The notes below the pieces were generated by a model. That model did no database searches and was not told where the DNA came from. It saw only the letters and a list, made by a program, of their open reading frames with translations. A stretch of DNA of 64,000 bases, from sequence record MN850576.1. One strand, 5' to 3'. The DNA comes from Escherichia phage ime. The stretch's first letter is position 1; every line of letters begins with the position of its first letter. Positions 8,424 to 16,827 of this stretch are shown here, one piece after another. The position numbers and the translations under genes are program-made.

Positions 8424-10502
8424 TTAAAAAGGTGTTTCATCATCCTCAAAACCAGGGACCGGATCAGAGGATGGATCATCGTATTGGAGGTCTTCCTGCG
8501 TGTCAATAGGCTTGACAGTGGGTGTTACAACCTTATCAGCCACAACCTTGCCCATAGGTGTTTCTACAACTGCATGCTCCTGATCCTCAAACATAGCCTG
8601 AGGTCTCCAAACAACCTCCCCACCTTCTCCGTCTGTAAACATCTGCATTTCTTTGTCCCAGTACCAATTACTGGCATCATGGAACTTACCTGTATGCGGA
8701 TCCATAACTAAAGTGTCAGCAATACCTAAAGTTTTTGCTGGACGGTTTTTAAGACCTACCAGACGGACACGTCCACGAGAACGATCCACCATTTCTTCGG
8801 CCTCGACACCTATGACTACCCAACTCAACTGTTCAAGCCCAGCCGATCCTCGCAAATTCTCTTTTCGCACAGGATACCAGAAAGGTAATGGGTTACCATC
8901 CTTGTCCTTAGGGGGCACAATCTCTGTACGTTTGAGGTGAGCGATCACCAAGATAAACACGTTAAACTGCTTACAAAACGCAGCCAGTTGGGTCATAGCC
9001 ATGTCCAGTTCTTTTCGCTCATCCTTAACATTAAGCCCTGAAATTACCATGGACAGGTGATCCAGCACAATATAACGACAATGGTACAGGCAAACCATTT
9101 GCTTAAGCTTGGTAATCAACTCGTCCACTGGAATAGACCCGAAATGTTTGAACACTTTGATTTTTCCAGCTTTTGCCCATGATTGGTGAATCTCTGCGTG
9201 TTCTTGATCAGTTAAAAACTGGCTAGGATCTTCAACAAACTCTTTAACATCAAACCCTAACTGGTTTGCATACAAGGAGTTAATTGCTTCCTCTGGGTCC
9301 TCCTCAAGATGGATCATACATAGACGATCATCCTCTTCATAGTCATCAGCCTTCGGGCATGTTGGGTCCATTAGGTATCTTGCAATACAATGTTCCAGTT
9401 TTTTAGCTACGGTTGTTTTACCGCCACCTGATGGGCCTGTAAGCATTACAAGTGTCCCCTTGTGCAAGCCTTTTAACATTTTTTGCAGTTTTGGGAACTC
9501 TGCACTGATATCTACCCCGTTGGAAGTCTTTTTCCGCAAAGACTCGATAGAGAAGTCTTCTAAGTCCGACACAGCATCAGGCACGTATTTAACAGGATGC
9601 CGGAACATGTTGACAATATCTTCCAGCTTTTTAGCCTTCAGCATGTCACGGATATCTTTTACCCCGTCAGGGTCATTTACTTCACCAGGGTATTCTACGT
9701 GGTAAACGTTATCAGCCATCAAAAATGCTGCGATATTGTGCGTGGCCTCAACACCTTTAATGACGTGTTTTTGCTTCTCTACCTCGTTGGCTGCATCGTT
9801 ATCCATTGCCAGCACAACTGTTCCATAGCTACGGATAAACTTCTCATTGTTTGCAAAAGTATCTACTGCGTTTGCACATCCACAGTTAATTCCAACAAAA
9901 GGTAGGCAGGGTTTTCCTGCCAGATCACCACCGTTGATAACTGCATCGATCCCGTCCTGGACCTCTTTAGCCCACTGTTTCACCTTTGCCGGGGCTTTAG
10001 CATTGGTGAGAATCCCTTTTACTTGTATCTGATATGCAGCCTGCCATGCTGCAATAACATCGCCTTCCCCCTCACAAACGTTAATCTGCTTACGGTTGTT
10101 AGAAGATGCACACAGCTTTTGCCCAAACATTTGGGAGTTAGCCTTTACGATCCCAACCGTCGTAAAGTGCCCACGTTGCTCTTTGGGGATCGTCCAGTCA
10201 CGCTTTTTGAAACCGGACAGATTCCCGTAGCGGTCGTAATATGGGAAATATGTTGCAGTAACTGTCACACCGTCTTCTTGGGACAATGCTGATCGCACAC
10301 CAAAATATTGTGCAGCCATCAGACCGATATTTTGTTGTGGGACAGGGACAATTTTAGTATTTTCTAAAACAGTCTCTACAGTTTCAACTTCTTTTTCATC
10401 ACGATAGTCTCGTTTCACACTTCCCCCACTTTTATACTTAGTTGCTTTCGGGTTTGGCTCACCGAAACGGTTGTATGCAGATGCCATAAATTTACTTCCC
10501 AT
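8424..10502 (-). CDS. DNA primase-helicase (T7 gp4-like; TOPRIM primase plus DnaB-type helicase)
   Basis: 692 aa; TOPRIM motifs VCEGEGD and AMDNDAAN; Walker A GPSGGGKTT; acidic C-terminal tail ending ...EDDETPF. Confidence 0.8.
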   Translation of the reverse strand: MGSKFMASAYNRFGEPNPKATKYKSGGSVKRDYRDEKEVETVETVLENTKIVPVPQQNIGLMAAQYFGVRSALSQEDGVTVTATYFPYYDRYGNLSGFKKRDWTIPKEQRGHFTTVGIVKANSQMFGQKLCASSNNRKQINVCEGEGDVIAAWQAAYQIQVKGILTNAKAPAKVKQWAKEVQDGIDAVINGGDLAGKPCLPFVGINCGCANAVDTFANNEKFIRSYGTVVLAMDNDAANEVEKQKHVIKGVEATHNIAAFLMADNVYHVEYPGEVNDPDGVKDIRDMLKAKKLEDIVNMFRHPVKYVPDAVSDLEDFSIESLRKKTSNGVDISAEFPKLQKMLKGLHKGTLVMLTGPSGGGKTTVAKKLEHCIARYLMDPTCPKADDYEEDDRLCMIHLEEDPEEAINSLYANQLGFDVKEFVEDPSQFLTDQEHAEIHQSWAKAGKIKVFKHFGSIPVDELITKLKQMVCLYHCRYIVLDHLSMVISGLNVKDERKELDMAMTQLAAFCKQFNVFILVIAHLKRTEIVPPKDKDGNPLPFWYPVRKENLRGSAGLEQLSWVVIGVEAEEMVDRSRGRVRLVGLKNRPAKTLGIADTLVMDPHTGKFHDASNWYWDKEMQMFTDGEGGEVVWRPQAMFEDQEHAVVETPMGKVVADKVVTPTVKPIDTQEDLQYDDPSSDPVPGFEDDETPF

Positions 10503-11256
10503 TAATTCTGCTCCTTACTACAGGCTCGTTTGCTAAGAATACGGCTTTTGCCCAGCCACGTGGTGTGAGGCTTCGGATCATCTTCGTTCTTGCACTCTTC
10601 CCACCCAGCTTGGCGTGTTGCATGGAATACCCGCTAACCGCGTCAACTATTTGCGGGACAGGTTTTGTGGCCGGGATTATAAATCCATTACCTATCCAGC
10701 CGCAAGTTATTTTTGGATAGGCATCACGTGGAGCTATAAATTCAGGAAACCAGGGGTTTACATCATCCTCCGGTAAATACCCGCCATAGTCAGAAGGATG
10801 AAAACGGTAATCAGGTTTGCGCCACAGTGTGGACATAACACCAACAGGATTCTCTACATGCCACGGGCAATCGTAAATCTCTCCCAGCTCTTCCGCAACC
10901 CGAGCATCCTTTACAGCATTAATTTGGATCAAAGGATCCTTAGCCAGCTTTTTCTTAAAATGTGCAGCACCTGATACCGCTAAATGCGTGCACGGAGGAA
11001 ATGCAAGAATAAAGTCTGGAGCTGGATACATGCAAAAAGTTTCCTGAGGGAACCATGGGTCAATCCAATAATCCACATAGTGAATGTTAGGATGATCGGT
11101 TATCACCTCTGCATAACTGCCGTGGTCAGCACCTTCTGCATTAAAGCACAGGCACAGGTACCCAGCTTTTGCCCAGTCAATAACTGCACCACCAGACCCG
11201 TCAAATAGACTCCACACAACACCTTTGTGGTAGTGTTCTTTGTAGATGAATTTCAA
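10492..11256 (-). CDS. putative DNA (cytosine-5)-methyltransferase (short form)
   Basis: Motifs in canonical order: LFDGSGG (motif I), PPC...SGA (motif IV PC), HVENPVG (motif VI ENV). Start moved to TTG 11256, which has AGGAGA 7 nt upstream; the GTG at 11286 used by the ORF track lies inside the terminator hairpin. Confidence 0.55.
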   Translation of the reverse strand: MKFIYKEHYHKGVVWSLFDGSGGAVIDWAKAGYLCLCFNAEGADHGSYAEVITDHPNIHYVDYWIDPWFPQETFCMYPAPDFILAFPPCTHLAVSGAAHFKKKLAKDPLIQINAVKDARVAEELGEIYDCPWHVENPVGVMSTLWRKPDYRFHPSDYGGYLPEDDVNPWFPEFIAPRDAYPKITCGWIGNGFIIPATKPVPQIVDAVSGYSMQHAKLGGKSARTKMIRSLTPRGWAKAVFLANEPVVRSRINGK

Positions 11257-11274
11257 TTTGCTGTCTCCTAATGC

Positions 11275-11301
11275 AAAAAGCCCCACCCTTTCGGGCAGGG
11301 C
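11275..11301 (-). terminator. rho-independent terminator (minus strand)
   Basis: Same hairpin as at 292-313 (GCCCUGCCC-GAAA-GGGUGGGGC) followed by UUUUU on the minus strand; lies downstream of gene 11308..11790. Confidence 0.6.
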
Positions 11302-11307
11302 CTAGTG

Positions 11308-11790
11308 TTAAACCCGGATACCTATTGTATACTCGGTGGATACCAATGTCAAATCTAAATTTAAAATTTCTTGCATCTCATAATATGCGTCCAGGGTTAG
11401 ATACATTTCCCCATCCTTTTCTACATACTTGTCCAAGTGCTTGAGGCATTTCGGATAACTATCAAGTGCAGCTTTCAGGCACTCAAACTCTGTGCTGTTG
11501 ATGAATCCTTCCATCTTGGCTACCCGTTCTGGGGTAATGATAGCACTGTAGTGAGATTTAGCTTCCTGAATGCAATGGGTCCAAGCATCAACCTTCTCTT
11601 CGAAAAGTCCAAAGAACTTCTTTTTGGTGAGCTTCAGATTCTTTAAGTGCTTAAGCACTCGGTTGCCGATTACAGCCACATCACGAAACTTAAGGATCAC
11701 CTTGTCGATATCCTCGCGGCCTATTTTCACAAAGCAGGCTTCGCACATTTCAGGGGCTGCGTAACCTACTTTCCACATAAAATCTGACAT
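11308..11790 (-). CDS. hypothetical protein with N-terminal Cys motif (WKVGYAAPEMCEAC)
   Basis: 160-aa ORF; N-terminal motif is shared with ORF 30344..30544. Confidence 0.5.
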   Translation of the reverse strand: MSDFMWKVGYAAPEMCEACFVKIGREDIDKVILKFRDVAVIGNRVLKHLKNLKLTKKKFFGLFEEKVDAWTHCIQEAKSHYSAIITPERVAKMEGFINSTEFECLKAALDSYPKCLKHLDKYVEKDGEMYLTLDAYYEMQEILNLDLTLVSTEYTIGIRV

Positions 11791-11802
11791 ACCGCCTTCT
11801 CC

Positions 11803-12198
11803 TTATTCCTTAAAAGCTATGATATCATAGGAACTTGCAGATGATTCTGGTGAAGAATGACTCCAGTCCAGGTCATCAGAATAGTCAGCGTACTGTGCAC
11901 CACTACGTAGTTTATATTTTACCCACTTACCTGGTGCAGGGTTTTCACCACCTTCCCATACTTCCCAGCCTTCTGGCAGGCCGTCCTGGGGATAGTCATC
12001 CACCTCACTAATAATCTTAGGGTTTGGCACCAAGATCCCTGCAGGCTCTTCCTTCCGGATAAGTGTCCACACAACGTAGGTGTCTGAGCAGGCGCATGAT
12101 AGCAAAGTATATCCACTATTCAGAACTTCTGCAAGCTCTTTTTCAGCATCTTCCAATTTGGTTAAGTGGTATTGGATAATCTTCACACCTGTAATCAT
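11803..12198 (-). CDS. hypothetical protein
   Basis: 131-aa ORF. Confidence 0.5.
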   Translation of the reverse strand: MITGVKIIQYHLTKLEDAEKELAEVLNSGYTLLSCACSDTYVVWTLIRKEEPAGILVPNPKIISEVDDYPQDGLPEGWEVWEGGENPAPGKWVKYKLRSGAQYADYSDDLDWSHSSPESSASSYDIIAFKE

Positions 12199-12503
12199 CA
12201 GAAACCTCCCACTTCTTCAGCAAATGCAGCTGCTGTCGTCGCTGCATCCAGATAGGACTCTAGTTCACGGGCTGCACGTTTGTAAATTGAGTGGCGCATA
12301 TCGTTTGGCAGTTGGTGGAAGTCCACCTCTTCACCGTTGTGGTAAACATGCACATCGGTGATTTGTCTAAATCCGTAACAGTCAACATCAGAATCCCGGC
12401 ACTCCGGATCTGGCAACTGAACAACTGCCTGAGCTTCCACAGTAAACATATCGTCAAGTTCGAAATCGATTTCAAAAGTGTATGGTTTATAACGTTTCAT
12501 CAT
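12198..12503 (-). CDS. hypothetical protein
   Basis: 101-aa ORF, acidic. Confidence 0.5.
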   Translation of the reverse strand: MMKRYKPYTFEIDFELDDMFTVEAQAVVQLPDPECRDSDVDCYGFRQITDVHVYHNGEEVDFHQLPNDMRHSIYKRAARELESYLDAATTAAAFAEEVGGF

Positions 12504-12516
12504 TTGATTGTACTCT

Positions 12517-13842
12517 TTATTGATCAGAATTATCTTTCGTAATTAAGGTCTGGGTAAGTTTGTAATAGCGGAAGCCACCGCCACCTTGCCAGCTTGCAGA
12601 CTTAGAAATACCACCTTGATCTTCACCATCAATCACTTTTTGCAAGCGAGGGATAATATGGGTATGACAATGATCACCCAGTTCGATCAAGATCCAACGT
12701 CTTTTCATCTTGTGGGCTACAGCAGCAGTAGTTCCCGAACCGCCGAATGAATCCAATACCAAATCACCTTCTCGCGTACACATTTCGAGAATCCGCTTCA
12801 AAAGCGCTTCTGGTTTTTTTCCATTTTTGAAACTAACGCCGCCTTCATTTGCTATTCCATTCCAACTAATGTCTGTCCAAACATCAGTTATTAGTTCCGC
12901 AGGTTGCATCTCACCGTCAATTTCCAAAAGCCTGTTGGAGTAAAAGACCATTTGCCTACCATTTGCGATATAAAATCCTTCAACATCCTCATTCGGATGT
13001 GCATAAACCTTATCCCTATCTTTCTTTGACTTCTCGATAGTTTCTTTTCTCTTTATTTTAGCGCCACCACCAATTGCAACAGATTGAAATACACGTTCTG
13101 CATTATCAATTGCGAATTGTGCTAATTCATCATCGAATGTGTCAGGCAGTTTTTTCTTAGCTTCTTTTGCATCTTTATAGCCATTGGCCTTTGCAAACGC
13201 ATCGGCAATACCGCACCACGTCCAATTTTTATAATGGTCATCCGGGTTTAATAGGTATTTGTTATATCCTGTATCATACCCTTTAGGTATATAGATTTTG
13301 TTAAGCGGTTTCTGGGTGCGATCTTTTGCATATACAAGCAAAAAGTTTGCTGTGGAGAAAACTGTGGCTCCTGTTGCCTTAAATCCCGAAGGGGAATTTG
13401 TGGTCATCGATATGGTATTTAACTGATTTGCACGACCAAAAATCTCGTCCATCAAAACTTTTAAATACGCCATTTCGCAATCATCTAAGTGAACGAATAT
13501 TACCCCATCATCACTTAGAAGATTACGAATTATTTCTAACCTATCCCTCATTAAGCCCAGCCAAATGGAATGCTCAAGGCTATCATCGTAGTGCTCAAAA
13601 GCCCTTCCAGTATTGAATGGTGGGTCTATGTAAACACATTTCACTTTGCCTGCATACTCTTGCTCTAGCGCCTTCAATGCTAATAAGTTATCTCCAAAAA
13701 TCAGTTTATTATCAAAAATATCGTTTTCGGTCACTTTCTGGCTGTGGTAAGACTTGCTAGAATCTTCTAACAAAATGTGCGGCTCTAACTTTTTGCGCTC
13801 GTTTTTACCTATCCAGGTTAGTTCTAATTTGGTTTTACTCAT
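12517..13842 (-). CDS. DNA methyltransferase (N6-adenine or N4-cytosine, beta class)
   Basis: 441 aa; catalytic motif IDPPFNTG (DPPF/Y) followed later by AdoMet motif DSFGGSGTT, the order typical of beta-class amino-methyltransferases. Confidence 0.8.
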   Translation of the reverse strand: MSKTKLELTWIGKNERKKLEPHILLEDSSKSYHSQKVTENDIFDNKLIFGDNLLALKALEQEYAGKVKCVYIDPPFNTGRAFEHYDDSLEHSIWLGLMRDRLEIIRNLLSDDGVIFVHLDDCEMAYLKVLMDEIFGRANQLNTISMTTNSPSGFKATGATVFSTANFLLVYAKDRTQKPLNKIYIPKGYDTGYNKYLLNPDDHYKNWTWCGIADAFAKANGYKDAKEAKKKLPDTFDDELAQFAIDNAERVFQSVAIGGGAKIKRKETIEKSKKDRDKVYAHPNEDVEGFYIANGRQMVFYSNRLLEIDGEMQPAELITDVWTDISWNGIANEGGVSFKNGKKPEALLKRILEMCTREGDLVLDSFGGSGTTAAVAHKMKRRWILIELGDHCHTHIIPRLQKVIDGEDQGGISKSASWQGGGGFRYYKLTQTLITKDNSDQ

Positions 13843-13903
13843 CGTTTGGTGCTCTCCTTAGTTTTTGTGGGGAGGAGTGCCTCCCCTTTATACTCACATC
13901 TTA

Positions 13904-14245
13904 CTACTCAAGGTCTTCAGAGTCAAGCTCAAAAAGAATCAAACTGTGCATACCTGCAGAGAGATTAACACACCCTGCAACAATAAGGGTTTGATAGTAA
14001 GGTTCAGCACCCTCAATGTCTTCGTTAAAATCCACAACAAGGTAGTCACCTTTGTTAAAGGTGTATTTGTCCGATGTAAACGCAAAACCTGCCCAGTCCC
14101 CTACTGCAGGATCTTTATCAGTCACCTTTGTTAGCAGTAGATCTTTTTCACGAGATCTTTTAGTAAAATCGTGAATCACAACATCCTTCTCTTCAGGAGT
14201 CGGATTGCCACACACGTAGTTAACGATATTTCTCCACAAACTCAT
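13904..14245 (-). CDS. hypothetical protein
   Basis: 113-aa ORF; stop overlaps helicase gene start region. Confidence 0.5.
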   Translation of the reverse strand: MSLWRNIVNYVCGNPTPEEKDVVIHDFTKRSREKDLLLTKVTDKDPAVGDWAGFAFTSDKYTFNKGDYLVVDFNEDIEGAEPYYQTLIVAGCVNLSAGMHSLILFELDSEDLE

Positions 14246-15612
14246 ACGTCCCCCTCTTCTGCTCTGGTTTCAAAATCTTTCCTGACAATTTTGTCTAAGT
14301 CAGGGAATGTTGTATTGTAAAACTCTACTACTCGCGGGTCAACAATAATGTCAACTTCTCTTAGGGGACGCAACAAGTTTATTCCTTGTATTGTCTTAAC
14401 TCTACTCAAAGCGACATACGTCATCCCAGGAGAGAAAGCTCCGTTCTTTCCAAGGTCTAGGTTGTAACAATCTAGCGTAAGTCCTTGACTTTTATGAGAT
14501 GTTACGGCGTACCCAGATTTCAGAGGAAGTTGCTTGTATGACCCAATCACTACCCTCTCTATAAACTTCTCCATCTTCCTTTCTGCAATGTTGTATCTCT
14601 GAGAGGGCTTATACTCGTTATTCTCCCACAACCTCTGCTCTATGTCAACCTGTGTTCCATCTTCAAGCTCTACCACCACCGCCTTGTTCTTAAATTTAAC
14701 AATTGTGGCACGTGTTCCGTTAACATAATAAGGTACTTTGTGCGTCGGGTCAACATCGTTGGCGGTTATCATAACTTTCATGCCAATTTTCAACTTCATC
14801 TCCTGCTCAACTGGCAGGGTGGAGGGAAACTTACCCTTCATTTCACCAGTGTATACCTTCTCTGGGGCGTTGATGGCATCATAGAACCTTCTGTTTACTT
14901 CCTCTGCTTGTTTGTTGGTGGCGCAAATTGTGAGAGCATCTGTTGGTACACCACCTTTGTAACAGCGAGCATTAAGTTCTGCTACAACCTCTTTTATGCG
15001 ACGACCCTCACGAACACAGTTGAGCATTGTGGCAAATCGAATAGACTCCTGTCGGAACTGATCTATTAGGGCTATGTTGTGGAGGTCAAGCTCTTTCCAA
15101 GATTCGGTGTAGCAACACAGGTCCGTATGGTAGAAGTTGAAGTAGGCTTCCTTCTCCATAGAAGAGACAACAGGAGGTGCCTGGTAAAAATCGCCAAACA
15201 ATATGACCTGTATGCCTCCGAAAGGTTTGTCATTTTTTCGAAGGAAGCGGAGTTTCCTATCCATCTCTATAAACTTATCAGCACGGATCATAGAGATTTC
15301 ATCGATAATTAGGATGGTAAATGCCTTGCTTTTCAAAGGCTTTGCTGTTTTTGCCCTTATTGCGGTCCAGTCCGACTCCATGCTCACACCTGCTGCAAGA
15401 TCGAATGTTCGGTGTGCTGTTGCTCCATTAACGTTTAAAGCGGCTACCCCTGTCGGGGCAACCGTTATGCAAGAGTCTCCATACATTGACTGGATCATGT
15501 TGATGAGATACGTCTTCCCACAACCTGCAGGTCCTGAAACGAAGACATTCTCACCACTCATGATTGCAATGAGGGCAGCATCTGTGCCTACGTCATACTG
15601 CCCTTTTTCCAT
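14242..15612 (-). CDS. SF1B DNA helicase (Dda/RecD/Pif1-like)
   Basis: 456 aa; Walker A GPAGCGKTY, Walker B IIDEISM, GDFYQ motif, and C-terminal TSHKSQG characteristic of Dda/RecD-type helicases. Confidence 0.8.
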   Translation of the reverse strand: MEKGQYDVGTDAALIAIMSGENVFVSGPAGCGKTYLINMIQSMYGDSCITVAPTGVAALNVNGATAHRTFDLAAGVSMESDWTAIRAKTAKPLKSKAFTILIIDEISMIRADKFIEMDRKLRFLRKNDKPFGGIQVILFGDFYQAPPVVSSMEKEAYFNFYHTDLCCYTESWKELDLHNIALIDQFRQESIRFATMLNCVREGRRIKEVVAELNARCYKGGVPTDALTICATNKQAEEVNRRFYDAINAPEKVYTGEMKGKFPSTLPVEQEMKLKIGMKVMITANDVDPTHKVPYYVNGTRATIVKFKNKAVVVELEDGTQVDIEQRLWENNEYKPSQRYNIAERKMEKFIERVVIGSYKQLPLKSGYAVTSHKSQGLTLDCYNLDLGKNGAFSPGMTYVALSRVKTIQGINLLRPLREVDIIVDPRVVEFYNTTFPDLDKIVRKDFETRAEEGDV

Positions 15613-16817
15613 TACGCCTCCTCGTAGATAATGTCGATGATGTTACCATCACGGTCAACTACGTATTCAATCGGATCGCCATCTTTGCGTGATTCCGGTG
15701 CTGCTACGATTTCGTAGCGGCATGCACGGCACTTAGCACTGTTGTGTTGGTATGGCACACTAACCACATCCGCAGGGTCAACCATAACCATCATTATAGT
15801 GCCATAGCCCGCTGCATACTCTTTGCTGGCGCAGTGCAGGCCATAAGAACACGCAGCTTCCGGATCATCTTCTACAAAGTTACGAGGCATGGACACAAAA
15901 GCACCCTGGTATTGTGGAACTTTACCGCTGTGCCAATCCACCCACCTGCTCCCGTTAAACTGAACCCCCTTATAGCAAATGATTCGACCATCTTCTGCAA
16001 CCTGGATGTCATTAGCCTGCATGAAATCGTAGAGCATGTTCACAGATTTTGCAGACGGGTTGCGTAGCAGACGGACAAGGAATTTAACATATCGGTCGTC
16101 CAGTGTTCCATCTACATAATCTTCCTCAATTTTCTTTGCAATGGTGGATCGCATCTCTACACCGTAGTAGTAGAGCTTACCATCTTTCATGATCAGGTTG
16201 TCTGCAAGTGTGGTGAACTCATTCTTGCGTTCCAGCCAGACAAGGATTTCACCAATTGCCTCATCATATTCCTGAACAGAAATATGGTCGAAGACTTTCT
16301 GGTAAACTTCCTCACTTTCGCTGCGGCGAATTTCAAAAATGCCTTCGTTGCAGGTGATCTGGAGGAGTTCCCCGCAAATAACTACCAAAGGCTCGATGCT
16401 TCGAGACTGTTGCTGAGACACACTGCTCACCACTTCCAGCACCGGATCTTTGACTTCTACTAAAGGTTCTTCTGACTTGATTGCTACCCCAGTGACCCCC
16501 GCACCGTGAACAACACACAGTGGGTATACCACGCCCCAACGTTTAACGGAACCTTCACCTGAATCTAAGATCATGGCGTACTTACCGTTGTCTTCCAGTC
16601 CGTAGCGGAATAAACGGGCCTCTTCGCGGGTTTCAAAATCCTCACGGGTATAGCAGACACTGTCTCGGTCAGGATCAAACAGCTCTGGGGCACCTACTGC
16701 CAGTGTCCATGTTGTAGTACCTTTCTCAATAGCACATGTGAAACCCTTCTTCTCAAGTTCTGCACGGCGGTCGCGTGCTTCTTTACGAGTTTTGAAATGT
16801 TCGTAGATGAAAATCAT
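15612..16817 (-). CDS. hypothetical protein with N-terminal tandem ~40-aa repeats
   Basis: 401 aa; two repeats F[KE]TR[KE]EAR..R..LE..G at the N-terminus; Cys/His-containing C-terminal region with no family recognised; translationally coupled between the GHKL ATPase and helicase genes. Confidence 0.5.
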   Translation of the reverse strand: MIFIYEHFKTRKEARDRRAELEKKGFTCAIEKGTTTWTLAVGAPELFDPDRDSVCYTREDFETREEARLFRYGLEDNGKYAMILDSGEGSVKRWGVVYPLCVVHGAGVTGVAIKSEEPLVEVKDPVLEVVSSVSQQQSRSIEPLVVICGELLQITCNEGIFEIRRSESEEVYQKVFDHISVQEYDEAIGEILVWLERKNEFTTLADNLIMKDGKLYYYGVEMRSTIAKKIEEDYVDGTLDDRYVKFLVRLLRNPSAKSVNMLYDFMQANDIQVAEDGRIICYKGVQFNGSRWVDWHSGKVPQYQGAFVSMPRNFVEDDPEAACSYGLHCASKEYAAGYGTIMMVMVDPADVVSVPYQHNSAKCRACRYEIVAAPESRKDGDPIEYVVDRDGNIIDIIYEEA

Positions 16818-16827
16818 AGCTGTCTCC

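Noticed and set aside
16333-16539. 68-aa minus-strand ORF nested in the 401-aa gene
   Set aside because: Fully contained in another frame of a longer, translationally coupled gene; Arg/Gly/Ser-rich composition typical of an out-of-frame artefact.
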